Source: a virus | Length of the DNA: 64,000 nucleotides | Strand: one strand, 5' to 3' | Virus record (IMG/VR): IMGVR_UViG_3300021171_000004 | Coordinates: 1 to 64,000 of that record | Shown here: one piece after another, positions 46,727-56,300 of the stretch | Layout of the letters: each line of letters starts with the position of its first letter | Position numbering within the stretch: position 1 is the first letter of the stretch | Notes under the pieces: generated by a model | What the model saw: the letters and a program-made list of their open reading frames with translations, nothing else | The model's database searches: none | What the model was told of the DNA's origin: nothing | Position numbers and translations under genes: made by a program

Positions 46727-48052
46727 ATGCAATTCGCCTACGAACGTGCCCGAGTGGGCACCCGAGCGGCCCAGTGGATTAACCCCAAAAAAGACGAACT
46801 ACTCATCCCTGACCGGAAAACCGCCTACGCACTAATCGAGAAGTTCGACGTACAGTTACAGGCGAAACTGCCGCGGCACAAACGGGCTGAGATTTTGATT
46901 GCAAAAAGCATGATATATGAGGCTTTGGGCGATCAAAAGATGATGCAGGCCGCGGAAGAGGCTTTCAAGGTTACGAAAACCTCCACAACTGCCCACATGA
47001 TGGCGGTCGCCCATCACCACTTTGGGCGGCTCCAAGAAGCCTGTAATTTTTACACCTTAGCGTACCGTTTCCCGCACGAAGAGGGTTTTAACGTCGATCT
47101 GGCTTATACACAGGCCCTGCTATTCCAAGGCAGGTGGTCTGAGGCCCACAGGATGACGCTAGGACTGAAGAAACGGATGGTGTATGCCGCTTACCTGCCA
47201 GAATGGGACAGTCGGCCCTGTATGGCGCTCTCAATCGTTTCTGAGGGTGGTTTTGGGGACATAATTCAGTGCGGGCGGTGGATACCCATAATTCGAGAGA
47301 TGGTCGCGAACGTAACAGTCTACCTGCCGCCATATTTCTTCGAAACTGGGTTTGTGGACCTGATGCGGAAGCAAAGTTGGTGCCCAGAGGTCAAACTCCT
47401 AACCGACTGTCCGCAGAATGTTCCAGCGGTCGGCTTTTTCGACCTGCCAGCTATTTTTGATGTCCAGCCAGATAACATTCCGCCTTCCCTCAGTTTCAAG
47501 GCGGATCCCATACGGGTAGCGAAATACCGAGATATTCGTAATTCGCGATTCCCGAATGCCAACCTCCCGACCGTGGGCTTCTGTTTCGCGGCCCGCCAGC
47601 AAGAGACTCCTTTAGTGCCGGACGGGACGTACCGAGCCCTCACAGAGCAACAGGCGGAAAGAATTCTGGTTGCAGGATTCGAAAAAGTTCGCTTTGTGAA
47701 CTTGCAAAAAGATTTGAAAATCGACCAGTTCGCAGCACCGCTTATTGCCCGGCCAGAAATCAATTCTTGGGAAGATACGTGCGCGATTATCGAGAATCTA
47801 GATTTTGTGATTTCAGTGGACACCGCGGTTTTTCATCTCGCAGCCGCCATGGGGAAACCCGTGATTTTGATTTTATCGGGGGCCTCGGATTGGAAATTTG
47901 GTCTAAACGATGAGACGTGCCGCTGGTATTCAAACGTACGAATCATTCGCAACAATGGATTTGGTTTTGAAAACGCCGTCGAAAAGGTTATTCAGCTAGT
48001 CGAAAATGCCCAATTCCACAACCCAACTGTCGAAAATCACGCAATTCGCTAA
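46727..48052 (+). CDS. Second TPR + GT-B (GT9-like) glycosyltransferase
   Basis: SEGGFGDIIQCGRW, LDFVISVDTAVFHLAAAMGKP, DWKFG. Confidence 0.85.
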   Translation: MQFAYERARVGTRAAQWINPKKDELLIPDRKTAYALIEKFDVQLQAKLPRHKRAEILIAKSMIYEALGDQKMMQAAEEAFKVTKTSTTAHMMAVAHHHFGRLQEACNFYTLAYRFPHEEGFNVDLAYTQALLFQGRWSEAHRMTLGLKKRMVYAAYLPEWDSRPCMALSIVSEGGFGDIIQCGRWIPIIREMVANVTVYLPPYFFETGFVDLMRKQSWCPEVKLLTDCPQNVPAVGFFDLPAIFDVQPDNIPPSLSFKADPIRVAKYRDIRNSRFPNANLPTVGFCFAARQQETPLVPDGTYRALTEQQAERILVAGFEKVRFVNLQKDLKIDQFAAPLIARPEINSWEDTCAIIENLDFVISVDTAVFHLAAAMGKPVILILSGASDWKFGLNDETCRWYSNVRIIRNNGFGFENAVEKVIQLVENAQFHNPTVENHAIR

Positions 48053-49076
48053 GACCTTCCCAGATCTTGCTCCCATGGTTCAGACCACTGCGGGCGGTTC
48101 TTCGCTCGAACCCGCTCTCACGGTTTCGTCCGATACCATGATTGAAATGATTTCCCAGAACTTCAATTGGAAGTGGAATCGTTTTATCGTCCCGACCTTT
48201 TACACGAACGGTTTCCAACAGGATTACGCCCTGCCCGGTGTCGTGAATTTAGGCTGGCTCGAACACGGGGTTTTAATTGATATCAACAATACGGCGATTC
48301 CGAAACCAGTTTGGCCTTTAGAAGTTGTTCGCGATCTGGAATTTACTTCCACCCAGTACGGTCGGCCCGGACAAATTTGCTGGCTTCCGAATGACCAACT
48401 TTATTATGCCACATGGGGCGCTCAAAACACGGGCAATTCCACAATCGGATTGAATCCCGGTCCCAATATGGTAATCGGAACTCTTCTGGGTGTGTACGCT
48501 GCGCCGATTAATCCTATTCTTCAAGTCCAGGATGCTTTCGGAAATCTCTGGGTTGTCACGACCTTTGGGACCACAGGCGCAACCAACCCCTTCGCCACGA
48601 ACCAGAATCCTGTTTTTCCCTCCTCGAATAATCCCACCACTGTCGCAACTACTGTCACGGACGGAACCGTAGTTTGGACTGCGGTAAATCCCAAAGGCAT
48701 GGGCGTGCGCGTAAATCCAATTCCCCCGCAAACCGGAATCGTTTATCAATTTTATTTGGCTGCGCAGTACAGAGCTTTTGCGTTTTCGAACGGGCCGTTC
48801 ACACAACTCAGCCAAACCATCGAACCCATACCCGACGATTTCGCGAAATATTTCCGAGACGGATTCGTATCCATGATGTACGCGCACTCGCAGGATCCGC
48901 GGGTGCGTGCGAAATTTCAGGATATGTACAACAATTGGTTGAAGTCGCTAAATGATTTTCGAAGGCAAGCGGATCGCGAGCGCGAAAATGCCGGATTTTA
49001 CCCCAGCAGCCCGATTATACAGGGCCCAACTTTCGTAAACGCCGGGCCCGCCTACCCATTTATGCAAGGTTTCTAA
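48006..49076 (+). CDS. Putative head-tail adaptor protein
   Basis: FNWKWNR, QQDYALP, IPDDF; similar to 52452 gene. Confidence 0.6.
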   Translation: MPNSTTQLSKITQFAKTFPDLAPMVQTTAGGSSLEPALTVSSDTMIEMISQNFNWKWNRFIVPTFYTNGFQQDYALPGVVNLGWLEHGVLIDINNTAIPKPVWPLEVVRDLEFTSTQYGRPGQICWLPNDQLYYATWGAQNTGNSTIGLNPGPNMVIGTLLGVYAAPINPILQVQDAFGNLWVVTTFGTTGATNPFATNQNPVFPSSNNPTTVATTVTDGTVVWTAVNPKGMGVRVNPIPPQTGIVYQFYLAAQYRAFAFSNGPFTQLSQTIEPIPDDFAKYFRDGFVSMMYAHSQDPRVRAKFQDMYNNWLKSLNDFRRQADRERENAGFYPSSPIIQGPTFVNAGPAYPFMQGF

Positions 49077-49970
49077 TGTTGCATTTCACGATAACAAGCG
49101 CACAGGTCACGTACGTCCAGCCGCCGCCCGTGAATTCACAAAGTGAACAGATTCCGAACACTACTTTTTTAAATGTTCAGACGGTGAATTCCAGCGAATT
49201 GGATAATCCCGGCACGAACCAACCCGCGGTAGCCAGCACTTTTCCGAGGGTGGCCGATCCCTGGATCGTGAATCCGAACTTAGTCCAAGTGTTCCCAGTG
49301 AACAATCCGCCAGCGCCATGACAGAAAACATAACCATCACATCCCAGCAAGCAACCGCTCCGCAGAGTCCGACACCCGGCGCGAAAACATGGGCCCAGTT
49401 TTACGGTACGCCCGCACTAACCCGAACCGTAACGGCTTCGGTTGTCGCGAATCCCGTGAGTTCGAGCACAGCTACGATTAACATTCCGTTGGGGAATTAA
49501 TGTCCGAACTTCACACAACCATAACCGCCAGCCAAGTCAATCCGCAGCCTAGTCCGACTCCGAATCTGGCTACGAACACAGTAACACCAAATGCGAACTG
49601 GGACGCTTTTTCCAAGACGCCCGCAGTTCCCGTGGTGCCGTCTTCCACTCTGGATAATCCTGGAGTGGTTCACGCGCCTCCGGCGAGTTCTCCGAATGTC
49701 GCGCCGAGCACACACGACCCGGCTTTAATTATTACCACGGCAGATGCCCGAGCAACTTACCAATGGCCGGACGGTTCATGGCGGCAATATCCCGTAAACC
49801 AAACCGCTGAAAATCTCGCGTACGGAACAGGTCCACTCTACGCAAACGCGGGCGGGTTCGGCAGCAACAAAAATTCAGGAAGCACAGGGCCGGGGCAAAC
49901 GTACAATGCAAACTCTTTTGCGCCGGGAGTCGGCTTCGCGCTCGTGCCGAATAATAGCCCGTACAAATAG
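49076..49970 (+). other. Three related small P/T/N-rich virion genes (49076-49321, 49318-49500, 49500-49970)
   Basis: Shared N-terminal TIT(S/A)xQ; SPTP in the last two and SSxLDNPG in the first and last. Confidence 0.6.
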
Positions 49971-49972
49971 AG

Positions 49973-50383
49973 CTAGTCAAAATACTCTATTTTTTCAATG
50001 AAGCCGAGAATTTCTAGCGCTTCCACAGCGCACCCATAGTGAGTAACAAAATGACGATTCTCTCTATGTTGGACAGTAAACTCGTCCGGGTTTGCGATTC
50101 CCTTCGGAAGCCCGATCCCAGTAAAAGCGCCGCCAGCATTTTGGGCTTGTAACCCAATCGCGCTACGAATCTGTTGGGTTGTGATTTCTTTTACATTATA
50201 GTTGTTGGAATCGGGACCCCGTAGGGCTGTGAACACCTCCCACACAGCTTTCGCATATCTGGTCGTGGCGTGCCGTTCGTCGGGGTTCTCAATGTCATTG
50301 TTCATAAACGCGATAACATCTGAAATCAGTTTCCTAGCTTTTTTCTTCGCTTTAGAAGCATATTTTTCGTTGGGCGTTTTCAT
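49973..50383 (-). CDS. Hypothetical protein (antisense accessory gene)
   Basis: AGGAGGGAG RBS; promoter TTGACA-17-GAACAT with operator at 50403-50417. Confidence 0.75.
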   Translation of the reverse strand: MKTPNEKYASKAKKKARKLISDVIAFMNNDIENPDERHATTRYAKAVWEVFTALRGPDSNNYNVKEITTQQIRSAIGLQAQNAGGAFTGIGLPKGIANPDEFTVQHRENRHFVTHYGCAVEALEILGFIEKIEYFD

Positions 50384-50422
50384 TACTCCCTCCTGTTTTC
50401 ATGTTCACATATTGAACAAACT

Positions 50423-50794
50423 ATGTCAAGCACTATTTTAACCAGCACCCAAAAAACTCTCCAGAGCGCCGAAAACCTTATTCCTTTGCCCGCTACAGGC
50501 CCAACCGCTCAGGTTTTTTCGCAAGGCGATTCCGTAACACAACTTCAGACCGTAACCAGTTCGGTGATTCAAACTTCGAATTCCGTTTCCGTCACGGACG
50601 GCACCACAGCGGATTCCACGGCTACCTACATTGGCTCGAACGGCGGAACGCCGATGTTTGCGATAAAAAATCCGAACGGAACCGCGCCACCGAATCTGAA
50701 TAATCCCTTAGCCGCGCCCGCAATTCCCGGATTGACGCCGCAGGGTTTCAACGATAACGGAACGATTTCACAGGGGTTAATTGGGAAACTATGA
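50423..50794 (+). CDS. S/T-rich putative virion protein
   Basis: Composition and gene context. Confidence 0.55.
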   Translation: MSSTILTSTQKTLQSAENLIPLPATGPTAQVFSQGDSVTQLQTVTSSVIQTSNSVSVTDGTTADSTATYIGSNGGTPMFAIKNPNGTAPPNLNNPLAAPAIPGLTPQGFNDNGTISQGLIGKL

Positions 50795-51342
50795 GGGGTG
50801 TACAAACGGATTTAACAGGGCAAACCTTCGGGTATTTAATCGCTATTTCGTTTGTTGGTAGAACATCTAAGGGAACAGCAAAGTGGTTGTGTCGTTGTGT
50901 ATGTGGAAAAGAAACCGTTGTACAAAACCCAAACCTTAGGTCAGGAAGCACCAAAAGTTGTGGATGTAAACGAGAAGAATTGCGCATAAACAGAAAAAGA
51001 CCCCTGCCTTTAGGTGAAGGTGCGAAACGGGCGATTCTCTCTAAGTATAAAAAGTGGGCACGACACAGAAACCATTCGTGGGAACTATCTGACGACCTGT
51101 TTTTTGGCCTCACTCAAAAGAATTGTTTCTACTGTGGGGACCCTCCTTCCAAACAGTATCTCGCGAGGCACTATGGCGCGTTTATCTACAATGGTGTAGA
51201 TCGCTGCGACAACACAAAAGGATACACTCCAAATAATTGCGTTTCTTGTTGTAATACCTGCAATCTCGCCAAACGAAAGCTATCTATAAAAGATTTTATT
51301 CAGCACATCAGAAAAATAGCCAAATATACAGAAAGCCTATGA
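50791..51342 (+). CDS. HNH-type homing endonuclease
   Basis: DLTGQTFG..WLCRCVCG..SCGC; GVDRCDNTKGYTPNNCVSCCNTCN. Confidence 0.88.
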   Translation: MRGVQTDLTGQTFGYLIAISFVGRTSKGTAKWLCRCVCGKETVVQNPNLRSGSTKSCGCKREELRINRKRPLPLGEGAKRAILSKYKKWARHRNHSWELSDDLFFGLTQKNCFYCGDPPSKQYLARHYGAFIYNGVDRCDNTKGYTPNNCVSCCNTCNLAKRKLSIKDFIQHIRKIAKYTESL

Positions 51343-52451
51343 GTAGCGTCCTATTCGTTTTTGCCCGGCATGGCCGAACCGCAGGAAATCAAGACAACAT
51401 CTACCGTAGTTTGTCGAACGAACCGTTCGCACAACTGGATGCTGCGGGCCGAGATGACGCCCGAGAATTAGGCATTTTCCTCAAAGGTTTGGGCTACGAA
51501 TATCCGCTCATAATTACGGATACTCTGGACCGTACGAACGAAACAGCAAAAATAGTCGCTGAGATTCTAGGCATCAAGGAAATTGTTCAGGATAAGCGCC
51601 TGCTCCCGCTAAAAATGGGCAAACTGACAGGCAAAAATAAAGATGCTAATCCGATAGATGAGTACCTGAAAAACCGCACGAAGAAAATACCGGACGGTGA
51701 AAACATGGTGGAATTCGACAAACGCCAAGCCTTGGTGTTTGCGGACATTCTGGAACTCGTCTCGACCCTGAAAAAACCAGTTCTAGTAATCGGCCACGGT
51801 TCGAACACTTCTTTTCTATATCACAAAGTGAACAAAGGCGGCAAGGAAGTCGGCTACGAAGGGCTTACCAATCCTGGTGGAGCTTCCCTGTTTACCAGAT
51901 CCGGTATCACACCCGTTTTCAAATCACGGGCCAAGGAGCCAAAAGAACCCTTGGTTCAACTCAGCCGATGGTCCATAGAATTTGTGGGCGGCAAAGGCAC
52001 GGACGGCAAACCAAAATCCTGCTTCAATTGCCACATGATGTATTCGAAGCAGAAAACCTGCTCGATTTTGGGTCCAGATATCATTATTGACCGATTGAAC
52101 AAAGGCGAAAAACTTTACACTCCAGTTTGCGGCGAACACGATCCCGGCAAGCCCACGGAAACAGACAATCCAACTTACCCGTCTACCGAACTAGGCGCGG
52201 AAAAAGCCGATGAAGTTGGGCTCGAATGGGCCGAAGGCGACGGTACAAATTGCGGCGGCTACGAAAAAGGCGCTCCCTGTAAATATTTCATCGCGTCCGA
52301 AAAAGACAAAAACAAAGAACTAAAAGATGGTGTGTGCCTCGTTTTGAAAAAATCGGACAACAAAGTGGATAGTGACGATTGTTGCGCCGCTCATGACGGT
52401 CCTTCCATGGAATGGCGTAACGCGGTCGAGTTGCTGAAAAAGGAAAAGTAA
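51339..52451 (+). CDS. Histidine phosphatase fused to Cys-rich (HiPIP-like) C-terminus
   Basis: FARHGRT, LDRTNETA, PDGE, LVIGHG; two four-Cys clusters. Confidence 0.8.
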   Translation: MSSVLFVFARHGRTAGNQDNIYRSLSNEPFAQLDAAGRDDARELGIFLKGLGYEYPLIITDTLDRTNETAKIVAEILGIKEIVQDKRLLPLKMGKLTGKNKDANPIDEYLKNRTKKIPDGENMVEFDKRQALVFADILELVSTLKKPVLVIGHGSNTSFLYHKVNKGGKEVGYEGLTNPGGASLFTRSGITPVFKSRAKEPKEPLVQLSRWSIEFVGGKGTDGKPKSCFNCHMMYSKQKTCSILGPDIIIDRLNKGEKLYTPVCGEHDPGKPTETDNPTYPSTELGAEKADEVGLEWAEGDGTNCGGYEKGAPCKYFIASEKDKNKELKDGVCLVLKKSDNKVDSDDCCAAHDGPSMEWRNAVELLKKEK

Positions 52452-53387
52452 TTGGCGACAACCATAACAGTTGCAGGTTCGATAGGATGGAGTCAGGCAT
52501 TTGTTGGATTCAAAGGCTTGGCTATTGGTGTGGGTTCCGAACCAGCCATCAGCACTGCGAATATCATCCTGCAAACAATTATCGGGCCCCCGTTTTCATG
52601 GAATTGGAATCGCGCAAGCGTAACTTTCACGACAACTGCGGGCACGCAGGATTATGTTCAGGCAACTACTGGTTTCGGTTTCATCGAAAAAGGAAGTTAC
52701 AAAATCCCCGCCGCAACAATTACGAACACAGCCGCAACAGGGGGCGTAGCCACCTACACTTCCGCGAACACTTTCAAGGCTGGGGATTTAGTAACGGTAA
52801 CGGGCACCACGAACGGTTCCGGTGTTTTCAATATAACGAATCAAACCGTCGCGACTGCGACTTCCTCGCAATTCACAGTGAATCTAAATGCGTCGGTGGT
52901 GAGCGCGGGAGACACGGGAACTGCCACGGTCGGAACCACCACGGAGATTTCCGAAGTGTTCAACATTTTGGGCACGGGAAACGAACTCGGCTCGCCAACA
53001 AAACTCGCGCCACAAAAAGACGACAACGCTGGAAACATTACGTACCGCCTGCTCCCGATTCCAGACCGCACGTATACGGTTGAAGTCATTTACCAACAGC
53101 GCCCGACTTCTCTAATCAATAACGTGAGCAACACTTGGGCTCCGATTCCCGACCACTATTCTTATATCTACCAATGGGGATTTTTGGCGCTCATCTACGC
53201 CTACAACAACGACAGCCGATGGGCGCAAGCCAGCCAAAAATTCGTGGCCGGACTTCTGGGCGCTGCGGAAGGGCTAGAAGAGGAAGAAAAAAACATCTTC
53301 CAGAACGCTTGGCTGAACACTATCACCGAACAGCAAGTCACATCCGCTAAGGCTCAACAGGGCGTGGGTTCCAGGCAAATAGAATAA
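52452..53387 (+). CDS. Putative adaptor/tail tubular protein A-like with inserted beta domain
   Basis: FSWNWNR, GTQDY, PIPDRTY, IPDHY. Confidence 0.65.
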   Translation: MATTITVAGSIGWSQAFVGFKGLAIGVGSEPAISTANIILQTIIGPPFSWNWNRASVTFTTTAGTQDYVQATTGFGFIEKGSYKIPAATITNTAATGGVATYTSANTFKAGDLVTVTGTTNGSGVFNITNQTVATATSSQFTVNLNASVVSAGDTGTATVGTTTEISEVFNILGTGNELGSPTKLAPQKDDNAGNITYRLLPIPDRTYTVEVIYQQRPTSLINNVSNTWAPIPDHYSYIYQWGFLALIYAYNNDSRWAQASQKFVAGLLGAAEGLEEEEKNIFQNAWLNTITEQQVTSAKAQQGVGSRQIE

Positions 53388-56300
53388 TGAGTACATCTCT
53401 TCAAGCCGCGGGCGCTCACGCTGAAAAAGACACGCGCTGGGCACCGATTTTCACAAACAGATTTTTTCTGGGCCTAGTAACAAACAGGAATCCTCTGCGC
53501 AGTCCCGTGGGTGTGATTTACGAACAATACTATCACCTCGGCGGAACGGACGCACTCATCGGCGGCGTAAACGTAGAAATTTCCCCAAGGCTTACAATTG
53601 CTCGGCGTCCAGGAAATACGGCGGGACTTTCCACTTTTATTTCATCCGCAAATATTCCCGATGTGCCCGATTCGTTTTTCTCTTTCCACGAAATCGGCGG
53701 AAATATTCGAGTAATTGCGGACACACCTTCTGCGATTTATTTAATCGGCGGATTCGCGAATGGTTCCGGCACCGCTTCGCAAGGCGTGATTCCGATTTTC
53801 ACAAAAGCATCTGGAGCAGGCCAAAGTTTTTTTCAAGGCGTCGGGCAATCGCTTTATTTCAGCGACGCGAAAGAGCAGCAAAAATGGCTGGATTTTGGCG
53901 CAGGAAATCCTGGAAATAGTTTCGCAGCCATCACGAACACGGCTCTGACCAGTAATGTCGCCACGATTTCATCCATAAATAACTTTGCGCCCGGCCAAAC
54001 GGTTGTACTTACGCAGACCACGAACGGTTCTGGCGCATTCAACGGCACTTTCGTAGTGACCGCCGCGAACACCACGCAATTCCAGTTCGCGCTCACCCAC
54101 GCAAATATTGCATCGGCACCCGATACAGGCTTCGCGAACGGAACATGGAACTGGGGAATTGTCGCGCCGCTTAGTGCGCCAACTCTAAATATCGTGGCGT
54201 CTGGATCCGCCGCAACTACATGGCAAGCCAGCACAGTTTTTTCCACCATGGGATTGATTGTTGATGCTAACGGAAATGTCCAGCAATTAACATCTGTAAA
54301 TGCCCTCGGCGGAAACAATACACAGTTCGGCACAACCGGAAACGGTAATCCCAATTGGAACCAAACTCCGGGCGGAACCACCACGGACAATACAATTACG
54401 TGGACCAACTGGGGTCCGATTGGTGTTTGGTCTGCGCACGCAACTTTTCTAAACGATTCGATTGGTGGAACTCTTACCCAACCCGCAGTAATTTTTGACC
54501 CGAAAACTGGACACATTCAAGTCAACGGTGCCCCAGGTGGGGCGTCTGGAGTCACAGGCGGAAGTTACCCGAACTTTACAGGCACGCTTTACAGTTTCAT
54601 CTGGGATGGCACGGTCAAGTGGTTCGACATTGGTGCTCCCGCACTCTGGCAAGGCAGTCATGCGTATGCGGCTTACCTAAACAATAGTCCCACCACGACT
54701 GCACACGCCGTAGCGGAACCGACTTTACCACCTAGCACGCAAACAATTTTTTGGCAAATTTCGGGCGGCGGAACCTCGGGTGCGAGCGGGACTCAGCCAC
54801 CATTTTCCACGACCGTTGGAAATATCACATCTGATAACCAATTGACTTGGATTGATCTTGGAACCGCAACATGGGCTGCGTCCACAAATTACACTCAGTG
54901 GACGGGCACGGCTCCAGTTTTTAGCGTTATCAAAGACACAAATGGTAATATGCAAGTTTGTGTTGTCAGCGGAACTTCTGGTGCGAATCAGCCTCTCCCG
55001 CAGTGGATAGCCGCCCACGCCTATGCTCTGAACACCCAAATCGTAGACTCAAATTTGTTTGTTCAGAAAGTGACAACGAACGGAACCTCAGGTTCATCGA
55101 AAACTCTGAGCAATTCCGCCCTGACTTCGGGAATCGCAACTTATACGAGCGCAGCCCATGGATTTTCGGCGGGCCAGTTCGTAACTGTAACGGGCAGTAC
55201 GAACAACGCAGCCTTCAATGTCACGAACGGTCTTATTGTAAGCACGACCACAAACACCTTTACGGTAAATATCGCGCACGACAATATCGCATCTGCCGGA
55301 GATGTTGGAACTGCGGTGGCCGGGCCAACATGGAACACGACCCCGGGCGGAACCACTACAGATGGCACAGTCACTTGGACAAACCAAGGAATCGAGAATG
55401 CCGGGGGTCGCCCAGCCGCGTGGGGGTTCAATTACGGCGACACTACGCCCGATGGCACTGCAAAATGGGTGTGCGTAGGCCCGCCAGTTACTTGGGCTGC
55501 CAGTACACAATGGCATCTGCCGTCTGCGGGTTTCGCGCCACCAACGGCTTCCCAGCCCTACGGTGGGTCGGAAGTCAGCACAAACGGATTCGTGCAAGCT
55601 GTGATTCAATCTGGAAAATCTGCGGCGTCTCCGACTCCGAGTTTTTCCGCTACGATTGGAAATTTCGTACTGGATCCTAGCACGGTCAATAATCAAATTA
55701 TCTGGCGGAATATTTCTGCATTCAGCCAAAACTCATTGGCGTTCCAAAAAGGCTATGGCTACGTTTACTCTTTCAAATCTCGAACCGTAACAGATTTGTA
55801 CGCTCCGCAAGCTACTGGTGGTGGCGGTGTTTTACTCGGGCAATCTGCGTCTACGCCAAGTCCTTTGGTGGACCAAGGGACAACTCCGACAGGCAGCGCG
55901 GACGGCACCGTTTCTACTTCTTCGCCAAGCGTTCAAATGGCCGTAGGCGTCAATTCCGGTTCCGTAATTTACGTGAGTGGAAAAGGCAGTCTGGATCCTC
56001 AGGTTGATACTATCTCTATTTTCCGGACATTTGACGGCGGTGCGACATTCTTCTGGCTCACGGATATCAAGGCACCTGCGCCAGTTGGCGGCATTGCCCA
56101 ACCATGGACTTTTGCGGATTTTTTGCCGGACGTGGCGAGCAATCTTTTCTCCGGTTTGAACACCTTAGTTTTGGCTCCGATTAACCACGCCAGCGATCCC
56201 CCGCTCGCGGGAGCGGTGAATCTCACGCAATATTTCGGGCGTATTTTCTACAGTGTCGGTTCAACTGTGTACTGCTCGCAAGGTCCGAATGTCGGCGGGT

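Larger units (their letters stand above)
1877..50417. repeat. Dispersed palindrome GTTCAC-WWW-GTGAAC (at least 19 copies with 0-1 mismatch)
   Basis: Perfect at 1877, 3525, 4402, 7948, 15155, 25238, 40709; one mismatch at 6093, 8335, 9843, 10228, 12562, 13351, 19455, 23254, 30264, 39295, 49134, 50403. Confidence 0.92.
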
